Shown here in pieces: positions 10,835 to 22,532 of a stretch of DNA of 64,000 bases. The stretch lies in assembly GCA_004431415.1 (NCBI GenBank), contig QPMI01000603.1, forward strand, positions 186,001-250,000. The letters run 5' to 3'. The notes under the pieces are model-generated. The model saw only the letters and a program-made list of their open reading frames with translations. It was not told the DNA's origin and searched no databases. The stretch comes from Cyanophora paradoxa CCMP329 (lineage: Eukaryota; Plantae; Glaucophyta). Positions within the stretch are counted from its first letter, which is position 1, and each line of letters begins with the position of its first letter. The position numbers were made by a program, and so were the translations under genes.

Positions 10835-11970
10835 CTAACGGCTAGGAAACCCTATCGGCAACAACGCCTGCTGCGGGCTCATGCCCTGCTGGGCCATGCT
10901 GCAGGGTGCGAGCGGAGTCCCGTTGTGCCCCATCATGCCGCGCTGCTGGGCCTGGGCGTGCGCGGCCTGCTGCATGGCGCGCTGCTGCTGCTGGATCATC
11001 GCCGTCGTCCCGGGGTCCTGCATCATGTACGTCGGGCCGCCCATCATCGCGTTCATGCCGTAGCCCATGGAGCCGGGGTTGCCCATCATCATCGGGCCGC
11101 CGCCGCCGCCGCCCATGGCCGCCGCGGCGGCTGCCGCCTGCTGGTACTGCATCTGGGCCTGCATCTGGGCCTGCTGCGCCTGCGCCATCTGCTGCTGCTG
11201 CTGCTGCTGCTGGGCCTGGGCCTGCTGCTGCTGCTGCTGCGCCTGGTGCCGCCGCTGCTGCAGGTGGTCGAGCCCAAGATGCTGCATTTCTTTGACAAAA
11301 TCATCGTGAAGCTCCTGCAACATGCGTAGCTCACGAACAAGTCGATTTCGCGTTCGGAGCTCCTGTTTCTGCTGTTGTTGATGCAGAAGGATTATATATT
11401 CGCAGAAGCGTTTGCCCTGACGAAATTTCAGACTGCTCAGGCCGAATTTGCGAAAAACCATTTGTAGAATGGGACTTACTTCCAATTCAAATTGTTGACT
11501 GATGTGCTTGAGAAAAGCGAGGGAGGGAACGCGAGATGGATAATGCGCAGTTTCGATAATGACAATCTGGCCACGGGAAATTGACTTGCATGTTTTTTTC
11601 ATTTTAATTAATCATGAACTCGAACGTGCACACCCAATTTTTTAGCTGCCGGTGCAACGCTTCCATTCGTTTAAGAAGTTGCTGCGATTGAGAATCCAGA
11701 TTCATTGGCTCTTCTGCGGCGTTTGCAAGGGCAAGCGGCAGCTGCTCCTCGAGTTGCTGAACGAGTAAACGGAGCAGTGGGATTGAGCTGGATTTCAAAT
11801 GCTCGAGCTGAGATTCTTGTTAGCCTCAGCTGCAGCGCTAGCTGACAATATTCTAATGGAAAGAAGCAAAAAGCGATACGCACAGCTTCCATGCTTTCTT
11901 GACGCTCCTCCTCTGTGGCAGCCACTTCGACTTTTAGCACAGGAGTTTGCTCCAGATTCTGCAATATGTT
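10835..11970 (-). CDS. Multi-exon Q/M/G-rich protein of unknown function; 5' end uncertain
   Basis: PolyQ and Met/Gly-rich exon 10864-11370, with protein-like upstream frames 11400-11570, 11630-11800 and 11870-11964. Confidence 0.5.
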
Positions 11971-13560
11971 ACGAATTTATGCTTTGGGTTTTAAATTTGC
12001 AGCTATGAACCTCAATCGAACGCACTGCAACAGGAGGATCCGAAGCCGCAGCTGCGTGGCCATGGGGGCGTGCGCTTGCGGCTGGAGGTGCCATTCGCGA
12101 TGCAGATGCGGCTGCGTGTCTAGAGTGAGAGGGTTTTGAAATCTGTTGCCGCAGTGCGACACACTCGAACTTGAGTTGGATCGCGAGCGTATATCCACAA
12201 GAGAAGAGAGAATCATGATTATATGTGCAATATCCATATCGATATCATTGTTTTAGCGCTATAGCTATAGATATCGAGACTTTGAGCGGGACTCCGGGAT
12301 GGCAAACCAGGCGAGAGATGAGGCTCCGAGCTGGCAACATTCGGCGAAGGGGCAAATAAATGCGTCTGCGTTAAAAGCACATTAGCTATATAGCCAAGTA
12401 CGTGCAAGTGCGTATACGTATACGCGTACGTACTTGTAATCGTTTTATATACACGGCAAGTTTCCTCTGCATTCCCATAACTATGACCCAACGCAATTCT
12501 TTCATATCCAGTTTTTCGTTCATCTGTATACGATACGTACATGCAAAAACGTATCATGATCAGTGCGCGGTATGGTATACGTAATTATATGTATATAATG
12601 CCAGATGGGCTGTTAAACGTTGTATAATAATGAACGAGACAGACCGGGAAGCTCAACTCTTCACAGATTTCAGGAAGGACCGTAAAAAATTCAGGAAGAC
12701 TGTGCAGCTTTGCCAATTCGATGAGCTCCGAGAAACTAATGCGTCTTTCTTCCTGCGCATGCTGCGTATCATGATTGTAAGTCAGGGATTAGAATTCGAA
12801 GAGGCCTATAGCTACGGGGGATATCATAGTATTAGTATATCCAAGTATTAGTATCATAGAATTCGAAGTACTATCATATTGATATCCGATGATCATGATC
12901 ATATGCATGGCCGGGGACCCGCGGCTGTCCATTGTCAAGTGCAGGATCGGACCTGCTCATGATCATCGATCGGACCGAGGCCTAGGATCGGACCTGCGGC
13001 GCTAGCTAGCTCTAGATCTGCAGGTACAGCTGCAGGCCTCGCGATCGGCCTAGGGGGCGCCGCATGCGCAGCGCTGGCCATGGCCATGCATATGGGCGTT
13101 GCGCCATGCATATGCGTTGATGCGAAGAACGACATTACGTGTCAACACTTATAATTAGCTGATGCCGCGCTCGGAGCGGCGCCGGCGGCGGCCGCGCGCG
13201 GGTCTATAGCTAGATCTATATAGCTGGGCCGGGGGTCTAGCTGCTGTATCTCACGGATCGCTACTAAGCTCGCTACTAAGCTACAGATCGATATCGCGAG
13301 CTCTCTGAACTCGTCCTGAATCGCGTGAGTGGATAACGATCAAGCAATCGCGATCCGTGGTGGCAGAGCTCTCTAAGTTCTCTTGCGTGTCTCCCGCTTC
13401 GGTCTGCGCAATCTGGGGCTCTTGCTTGAGCAGGTCCGGTGGCACAAAATGGAGAGCTGGCTGCTTGCAATTGCAAGCTCTACCCCCCTCCCCTAAACCT
13501 CAGAAAACCTGCAGGTCTTAAGGCCCGGTGCTCGCTCACGTAGCACGGTCGCCCGGCGAG

Positions 13561-16105
13561 ATGGGGGCTTCGCTCGCCGCCCAGATTGTGACGGCGGCGA
13601 CCACGACGAGGGACCCTGCCGGCGACCCTCCTCAACTGCCGGCACCGTTGCAAACCGCCGCGCCGGTCGGCATCATCGGCGACATGCAGAGCGTTGTTAA
13701 CAGGTCGGCTGCGCCCAGCGTCGCCCCGCCCCGCCTCCAGGCGCCCTCGTTGGCAGGCGGGAGCTGATCCGCAAGTCCGCAGGCTGCTGGACATCGTCGA
13801 CTCCCAGCTGCACGGTGGGTGAATGAGCGGTGCTTTCTAGATCGCTTAAGCAGCCCGCGCCGCGCCGCATGCGGCCGGCGCGTACGCTGGACCGGCGCGG
13901 AAGCGCACGTGGATTCCACCGCCGCATCGAGGCCGCAGCGCTGACGGGGGGCGGGGGCGGGGCAGAGTGGAAGCACCTGCCGGCAAACCAGATCCTGGGC
14001 GGGCTGCTGGTGCTGATGGAGCGGTGGCGGCTGCCGCCGGCGGCGGACGCGGCCGAGCTCCTGCGCCCCGAGGAGCACTTCGACCTCCTCCGCACGGCGC
14101 GCCCCGGGGCCCCGCGCAGCCTCGGGCCCCCCGGCCAGAGCGCTCACGCCGCTCGGACAGGCCCAGAAGCTGATCAAGCTCTCGTGCTACGGGTACTTCA
14201 TCGCCGACGCCGACCTCGCGTTCGCCCCCCTCAAGCTCGGTGCGAGCCTCCCACCCCGCCCTGACCGCCGGGCCGCCGCCGCCCGCCCCGCCTGACGAGC
14301 GGGCGGCTGCGGGCAGCGTTCCTGTGGCACGGGTCGGGGCGGGAGCACCTGGAGATCGTGAGCCACCACAGCGTGGCGATGGTGGGCCGCCCCGCGTACT
14401 TCCTGGCGATCAACCCGAAGATGCGCTCCATCTGCATCGTCGTCCGGGGCACCCTCTCCGCCTCCGACCTCCTCTCCGACCTCGCCGTCCGCCCCGCCCC
14501 GCCGCACCGCCCCGCCCCGCCCCGCCCTGCGGGCCGCTGACGAAGCAAGCTCGCAGGGGAGCGCGGTGCCGTTCCGGTACCGGACGGAGCACGGGGGGGA
14601 GGAGCGGGAGGGGTGGGCCCACGAGGGGATGCTGCGCTCCGCCGTCTGGCTCTACGGCCACGCGATGGGGGACCTGCAGCGGGCCCTCGAGCAGCACCCG
14701 ACGCACGCCGTCTACACCGCCGGCCACTCGATGGGCGGCGCCGTCGCCGCCCTCGTCGCCGCCATGCTCCGCTCCGGCCACGAGGCCGTCAGCCTCGCCC
14801 GCACCCCCCGCGAGCGCACCTACTCCGAGGGCTCCGCTGGCCGCCGCACCCCGCGGGACGTGCCCACGCCCCCCGCCACCCCGCGCCCCGGCGCCGCCAC
14901 CCCGGCCCGCCCGGCCTCCCCCGCGCCCTCCCCCTCGCCCTCGCCCTCGCCCTCGCCGGCGCCCGGGGCGACGCGGGACGCGTTTGCGGCGCCGGGGCCG
15001 CCGCCGGCGGCGCTGGCGAACGCGCGCTGCTTCGCGTTCTGCCCGGCGGCGCTCCTCGACCTGGACTCGGCCCGCGCCTTCGGGCCCTTCGTCACCTCCT
15101 TCGTGTGCGCGACGGGCCCCCTCCGATCCGCGCCGCCCCCGCACCCACCCGCGCCGGTCCGCAGGTACAACGCGGACGTGGTGCCGCGGCTCTCGCTGCA
15201 GCACATCGAGGAGCTGCGGCGGGCCATCGCGGGGGTGGACCTGGCGCAGGAAATGCGCCGCCGCACCGAGGCCCTCCTCGCCCGCGCCCTCTCCGCCCTC
15301 GGCGTCCCCGCCCGGCCCCCGACGCCCCCGGCCCCCTCCCCGGCGCCCCTCGCCGCCGCCGCCCTCGCCGCCGCCGCCGCCGTAGCCGAGGGCCCCCCGC
15401 CGCCCGCGAGTTCGTGGCGGAGGGCCGCGGGGGGCCCCGGCGGGCGGCTCGCTGCTGCGGCTGCCGGGGTCGCTCGCGGGGCGCGGCGGGGCCCGCGCCG
15501 GCCACGTCATCCGCCTCGCCCGCAGGGGCCCTCCGTGTTCCGCCTCGAGCGGCCCCTCCCGCCCCCCTCGCCCCCGCCCCGTCCCGCCGCCCCTCCGCCG
15601 CCTCTTCCGCCCCTGCGCCTGCCCCCGCCTCGTCCTTTTCCTCCTCCTCCCCACCCGCCTCCGCCACTGAGCCAGCCCCGCCCCCGCCTCCTCCTCCTCC
15701 TCCTCCGCCCCCGCCCCCGCGCCGCCACTGCTGCCGATCCTGGTCGACGCCCCGCCGCTGGCCGCGGAGGCGGGGCCGGGGCCGGGGCCGGGGGCGGGGG
15801 CGGCGCGCCCGCCGCTGCCGCGGACGCCGTCGGCGCGGCAGCCGCGGAAGCTCTTCCCGCCGGGGCGGGTGCACCTGATCCGGCCGGCGGGGGCGGGCTT
15901 CGAGCTGGAGCGGTGGGAGCAGGAGGCGCTGCTGGCGCAGATCCCCGTCTCGCCCTCCTTCGTGCTCGACCACGACGTCCGCCGCTCCCTCGCCGCCCTC
16001 CGCGCCCTCAAGCGCGCCGCCCGCCCCGCGGCGTCCTCCCCGGCCCCCTCCCCCGTGCCCCTCGCCCCCGACGACCTCCAGCGGCCCCTCGCCGTCCTCG
16101 CGTGA
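13561..16105 (+). CDS. Class 3 lipase (DAG-lipase-like), copy 1, multi-exon
   Basis: IVVRGTLSASDLLSDL, HEGML, nucleophile elbow TAGHSMGG, YNADVVPRLS and a C-terminal DH. Confidence 0.85.
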
Positions 16106-16462
16106 CCCCAGCCCCGGGGGTCCGCATTGTTGTAAACCTAGCTAGCTGTATCCGCCCCCTGGCCCCGCGCCCCCCTGTACAGGAGCCATGGTCGTAGCCA
16201 TGGCCAACCTTCGCTCGACGCGCCGTTTTCATAGTTCTAGTTGACCTCCCGCAGTGCTCCTGCTTTAGTTTCGTTTAAAGTGCTTTTGAGATTGCATGTT
16301 GTATTCTGATCGAAAGATATGCCCCTGCTGCTTCTACCCCTGCGAGCGCTGCCTGCCGCTAGCTGCCTATCCTCGTCCTGCGCCTGCTCTTCCGAATTCC
16401 TCATCGATATATCGCTGGCCTGCTATGTACGAAATGAATCTTGGGACCGCGAACGAGCCCCC

Positions 16463-16689
16463 CGCGGGTCAGCTGTGGTACACGCGCAGCCGAGACACGA
16501 TCCTCTGCCGCGCCGGCCCGGCGGCACTGCGCGCGGCACCGTACCTGCGCGCGTGCGCGCTCGCCCACGTGCACGTACACCGCACTCCGCGGGCGGGAGG
16601 ACGAGGCCCTGAGGGGCGACGTCGACGTCGACGCACATCGGGCACTCGCGCAGCTGCACGCGGGTGCTGCACGCGTCGCAAGAGACAAT
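16463..16689 (-). pseudogene. 5'-truncated, decayed copy of the RING-finger gene
   Basis: IVSCDACSTRVQLRECPM...RIVSRLRVYHS matches 21564-21716 with short insertions. Homology ends at about 16689. Confidence 0.8.
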
Positions 16690-17060
16690 ACGCCTACAAT
16701 GTGTCATTAATATTTCGTAATTATATAAGTGACAGCTGCAGGAAACGGGAGCCCTACGTATACCCCGTTTCCAAAATATTTATTCAATTTGCAACCCCTG
16801 CCTGGTACCGGTCCCCTCAGACTCCCCTGGCGGCCGGCCCTCCCCCCCCCCCCCCCCCTAAGTTAGGCTCTACCCCTGAAGTTTGCTTGGACCAGCAGCT
16901 TGGTGTTCGCTGATTCGACGCTGATTCATCGCGCGATTGCGGCGCGACGCAGCTGCAGCGACCAGCGAAGCTGAGCGAATGCTGTTCGTGCAGCCAACTT
17001 CTATCTAGCCAAATTTTCGAATCGGAGGCGGCCTGCAATGCCGCCAGCGGAGGCAATTGA

Positions 17061-18142
17061 TATGCAGAGCTACAAGCAAGCGAGGGATCGTGTTCTCGAT
17101 TCCAGTAAGTCGCTTTTCGATGAGTTGGCGGAGTTGGCCGTCGCGCATGCACAAGTGCTTCCGAACTTAGCGAACTTAGAAACTGTGCTCACAAAGGTGC
17201 GCTCAAGTGCTTGGTTCGAGCGCTCAAGTACTCATGCTCCAGGAGCGCAGAAACTCGATGATCTGTCCACAAAGCTCGATGAGGCGAAGAAGGAGCAAAC
17301 TGTGCTCACAAAGGTGCGCTCAAGTGCTTGGTTCGAGCGCTCAAGCACTCATGCTCCAGGAGCACAGAAATTCGATGATCTGTCCACAAAGCTCGATGAG
17401 ACGAAGAAGGAGCAAACTGTGCTCACAAATGTGCGCTCAAGTGCTTGATTCGAGCGCTCAAGCACTCATGCTCCAGGAGCGCAGAAACTCGATGATCTGT
17501 CCACAAAGCTCGACCGCCAAGATCTGGAGACGAAGAAGGAGCTTGGCGAGACCAAGAAGGAGCTTGGCGAGACCAAGAAGGAGATTACCAGCAGGCTTGA
17601 TGGCATCGACAGGAAGGTGTGCTTGCATATAGATGGCGGCGCTCGGTCTTAGGCGTCTGCTGACCGCCGTACGCGTGCCAGTTACGCAGCATCGACCTTC
17701 GTGGTGTGAAGCTTTCCAATGCACAGAAGGGCTTCGTCGGCGAGGAGGCAGGCTGTCAGTATATCGTTCCGGCAAACGCGAAGGGGGAGGCGCTCTCAGA
17801 TGAGCTGCGCCTTCTTCTGCGGTCATCCGCCATGATTCTCGCGCTCACCAAGGTGTGTTTGCGTATCTGCATGCCCAGGAGATCTCATCATTCAAATTTG
17901 CAATCCGGTTGCTTACTCTGTCCTCGTTCAGGACCAGTGCCAGCAAATCATCGACCATTTCGCTGGCGATATCGATATTCCGGCCCGACCGCCAGTGCCG
18001 GCAGCGCCTGCCGCAAGCCCAGCTGGAAGCCGCAAGCGGGCAGCAGATGCAGAGGCGTTGGCAGAGGCGGCGGCAGCAGCTGCGGAAGCGGCTTATGTGC
18101 GGCGCCTCCAGTTCGCGATTGCCGACTTTCTGGGCATTCTGA
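17061..18142 (+). CDS. Coiled-coil protein with tandemly duplicated exon+intron units; possibly a pseudogene or TE-borne
   Basis: 117-bp unit x3 (17181, 17298, 17415) = 54-nt GT-AG intron + 63-nt exon KLDDLSTKLDEAKKEQTVLTK. Also 21-nt ETKKELG repeats. Confidence 0.5.
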
Positions 18143-18592
18143 TGGCGCCCAAATTTCTTCTCGGCTAGGCTGTCTCGGCTTCTCTGCGACAAGCGTCATG
18201 TTCTCTTCTTTTGCCTTTCCTTTTTGTAACCAATTTAGTCTAGTGAAACCTTACAACCAGTTTAGTCTAGTGGAACCTTGTACAGTACTGTACAGTACAG
18301 ATGCGGTTTTAAGGACCACTGAATTCGAACACAATGCCACGTCGACCGGCGCCGGCCACGCCGCGAATTCTCCGCGGGTCGAGTTCCGCCGGCGCCGCCG
18401 TCCGCCCGGAGGCTTAGGATTCGCAAAGCTGAATTCAGGCTCGAATGACTCGTCTACAGCAAAGTGCGCGTCCGGGCACAGGCTGAGGATGGCCAGGGTC
18501 GCCCCTACCCCTCTCGTCTTTTAGAATCGTCTCAGAGTCTAGAGACGCTCACTGAGTCATGCAGCCTCGCTGAGCCTCGCTCACCGAGCAAG

Positions 18593-20450
18593 ATGGGGGC
18601 ATCGCTCGCCGCTCAGATAGTGACGGGGGCGACCACGACGAGGGAGCCCAGCCAGCCCTCAGCAGCCGGTCCCGAGCCCGAAGGGGGCGAGCTTCCTCAG
18701 CTGCGCCGGTTGGTCGGCATCATTGGCGACATGCAGAGCGTTGTTAACAGGTCGATTGCGCCTAGCGTCTCCCCGCCCCGCCTCCAGGCGCGTTCGTCAG
18801 CAGGTGGAAGCTGAGTCGCAAGTCCGCAGGCTGCTGGACATCCTCGACTCCCAGCTGCACGGTGAGTGACAGAGCGGTGCATTCTAGATCGCTTAAGCAG
18901 CTCGCGCCGCGCCGCATGAGCCCGGCGTGTACGCTGGACCGGCGCGGAAGCGCACGTGGATTCCGCCGCCGCATCGAGGCAGCAGCGCTGATGGGGGCGG
19001 GGGCGGGGCAGACTGGAAGCACCTGCCGGCGAACCAGATCCTGGGCGGGCTGCTGGTGCTGATGGAGCGGTGGCGGCTGCCGCCAGCAGCAGAGGCGGCG
19101 GAGCTGCTGCGCCCTGAGGAGCACTTTGACCTCCTCCGTACGGCGCGCCCCGGGGCCCCGGCCCGCGTCCCGCGCAGCCTTTGATCTCCGGGCCGGCGCG
19201 CTGACCTCGCCGCGGCCGGCCCGCCCTGTCCGCCCGGCCTTACGCGCAGGCGGCTGCCGGCAGCGTTCCTGTGGCACGGGTCGGGGCGGGAGCACCTGGA
19301 GATCGTGAGCCACCACAGCGTGGCGATGGTGGGCCGCCCCGCCTACTTCCTCGCGATCAACCCGAAGATGCGCTCGATCTGCATCGTCGTGCGGGGCACC
19401 CTCTCCGCCTCCGACCTCCTCTCCGACCTCGCCGTCCGCCCCGCCCCGCCGCACCGCCCCGCCCCGCCCCGCCCTGCGGGCCGCTGACGAAGCAAGCTCG
19501 CAGGGGAGCGCGGTGCCGTTCCGGTACCGGACGGAGCACGGGGGGGAGGAGCGGGAGGGGTGGGCCCACGAGGGGATGCTGCGCTCCGCCGTCTGGCTCT
19601 ACGGCCACGCGATGGCGGACCTGCAGCGGGCCCTCGAGCAGCACCCGACGCACGCCGTCTACACCGCCGGCCACTCGATGGGCGGCGCCGTCGCCGCCCT
19701 CGTCGCCGCCATGCTCCGCTCGGGCCACGAGGCCGTCAGCCTCGCCCGCACCCCCCGCGAGCGCACCTACTCCGAGGGCTCCGCGGGGCGCCGCACCCCG
19801 CGGGACGTGCCCACGCCCCCCGCCACCCGCGCCCCGGCGCCGGCACCCCGGCCCGCCCCGCCTCCCCGCGCCCTCGCCCTCCCCGCGCCCTCGCCCTCGC
19901 CCTCGCCCTCGCCCTCGCCCTCGCCCTCGCCGGCGCCCTCGCCGGCGCCCTCGCCCTCGCCCTCGCCCTCGCCCTCGCCCTCCCCCGCGCCCTCGCCCTC
20001 GCCCTCGCCCTCGCCCTCGCCCTCGCCCTCGCCCTCGCCGGCGCCCTCGCCGGCGCCCTCGCCCTCGACGCGGGACGCGTTTGCGGCGCCGGGGCCGCCG
20101 CCGGCGGCGCTGGCGAACGCGCGCTGCTTCGCGTTCTGCCCGGCGGCGCTCCTCGACCTGGACTCGGCCCGCGCCTTCGGGCCCTTCGTCACATCCTTCG
20201 TGTGCGCGACGGGCCCCCTCCGATCCGCGCCGCCCCCGCACCCACCCGCGCCGGTCCGCAGGTATAACGCGGACGTGGTGCCGCGGCTCTCGCTGCAGCA
20301 CATCGAGGAGCTGCGGCGGGCCATCGCCGGCGTGGACCTCGCGCAGGAAATGCGCCGCCGCACCGAGGCCCTCCTCGCCCGCGCCCTCTCCGCCCTCGGC
20401 GTCCCGCCCCGGCCCCCGACGCCCCCGGCCCCCTCCCGGCGCCCCTCGCC

Positions 20451-20484
<34 letters not shown>

Positions 20485-21177
20485 AGGGCCCCCCCGCCGC
20501 CCGCGAGTTCGTGGCGGAGGGCCGCGGCGGGCCCCGGCGGGGGGCTCGCTGCTGCGGCTGCCGGGGTCGCTGGCGGGGCGGGGCGGGGCCCGGGCCGGGC
20601 ACGTCATCCGCCTCGCCCCGCAGGGCCCCTCCGTGTTCCGCCTCGAGCGGCCCCTCCCGCCCCCCTCGCCCCGCCCCGCCCCGCCGCCCCCTCCGCCCCG
20701 CGCCAGCCCCCGCCTCCTCCTCCTCCGCCCCACCCGCCTCCGACTCCGCGCCAGCCCTCGCCCCGCCTCCTCCTCCTCTGCGCCCGCCCCGCGCCGCCGC
20801 TGCTGCCGATCCTGGTTGACGCCCCGCCGCTGGCCGCGGAGGCGGGGCCGGGGCCGGGGCCGGGGGCGGGGGCGGCGCGGCCGCCGCTGCCGCGGACGCC
20901 GTCGGGGCGGCAGCCGCGGAAGCTCTTCCCGCCGGGGCGGGTGCACCTGATCCGGCCGGCGGGGGCGGGCTTCGAGCTGGAGCGGTGGGAGCAGGAGGCG
21001 CTGCTGGCGCAGATCCCCGTCTCGCCCTCCTTCGTGCTCGACCACGACGTCCGCCGCTCCCTCGCCGCCCTCCGCGCCCTCAAGCGCGCCGCCCGCCCCG
21101 CCGCCCCCTCCCCGGCGCCCTCCCCCGTGCCCCTCGCCCCCGACGACCTCCAGCGGCCCCTCGCCGTCCTCGCGTGA
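18593..21177 (+). CDS. Class 3 lipase, copy 2, multi-exon
   Basis: Same motifs as copy 1, with an expanded (CCCTCG)n Pro-Ser tract at ~19880-20065. Confidence 0.85.
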
Positions 21178-21563
21178 CCCCAGCCCCGGGGGTCCCCGTT
21201 GTTGTACACCTAGCCAGCTGTAGCCTGCCCTCACCGGCCCGTGCCCCTGTACAGGACCTCCCCGCCGTTTACTACTAGGCTAGTACGTAGCCATGGTCAG
21301 CCTTGGCTCAACGCGCGATATTCGCAGTTCTAGTCGACCTCCCGCATGCTCCTGTTTTAGTATCGTTTAAAGTGCTCTTGCATGAGATTGCATGTTGTAT
21401 TCTGATCGAAAGATATGCCCCTGCTGCTTCTACCCCTGCGAGCTCTGCCTGCCGCTAGCTGCCTATCGTCATCCTGCGTCGTCGTCCTGCGCCTGTTCTC
21501 TCCTCAACGCTGGCCTGAAATGTACGAAATGATTCTTGGGACCGCGAACGAGTCACCCGCGGG

Positions 21564-22314
21564 TCAGCTGTGGTACACGCGCAGCCGAGACACGATCCTC
21601 TGCCGGCACCTGCGCGCGTGTGCGCTCGCCCGCCGCACTCCGCGGGCGGAAGGACGACGGGCGACGCACATCGGGCACTCGCGCAGGCGTGTGCTGCACG
21701 TGTCGCAAGAGACAATGTGGCCGCAGGGATTAAACGCAACACCGGCCTGCCCGGGAGAAACGGTGACACGCAGGTCGAGAGGTAGAAAGGGGGCCGGGCC
21801 GGGAAGCTCCCGCACAGAGCGGTCGAGGCAGATCTTGCACGCCTTTCGCTCCGTCTCTCGCTCCATCTCCTGAACCGCTCGCGCGTGCTCCGCCCGTGCT
21901 CGCTGCGACGGCGCGAAGTGGGGCGGTCAGCTGACTGCGCATGCGGAGGCAAAGCGCGGCGCGAGCGCAGGCATGAAGCTTAGGCTTTTTGTTTACCCTG
22001 ACGTCTTCAACGCGTTGTTTTATCGTGTCGCACAGCCGCTCAACGCGCTGCAGCTCAAGCTCCGGCAGGGCCTCGAGCAGAGTGACATCACCGTTCAGAG
22101 CGCGCCGAAGTCTCAGCTCTCTCGCCGCTGCTACGATCTTCTCGAAGCAGAAAACGGCGAGGGACCTGCGCCGCGCGGCGCAATGTTGGTGAGCAGAACC
22201 ACCTCAAAGCGCGGCGCAAGTCCGCTAGTCCGCGCCGCACTTGAGCGCTTCTTGTGCCGCCGGCGACGAAGAGAGCAAATAAGACGCGACGCCCAGCGCG
22301 ATGAGCGACCGCAT
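21564..22314 (-). CDS. C-terminal RING-HC (IAP/MDM2-like C3HC4) protein, putative E3 ligase
   Basis: Spliced CKICLDRSV..VAFNPCGHIVSCDTCSTRLRECPMCRQRIVSRLRVYHS*. Probable ATG at 22314. Confidence 0.85.
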
Positions 22315-22532
22315 CGCGGCCAACGTCGCCGAGTTCTCTTTTCCCTGCTTCCAACGTCCCCCGCCTAGCTACTGCCGCAAGCTGCCGACTTTGCGGTCCT
22401 ACCAGTAGCTGCTGCCACGCGCTGCCGACTTTGCGGTTCAGAATTCCTGCACCCCCCCCCCCCCCCCCCCCCCCGCCAACCTGACCCCGGTGACCCGGCC
22501 TCAAGAAGCGCGGCGAACGCGCGGCGCGCACG

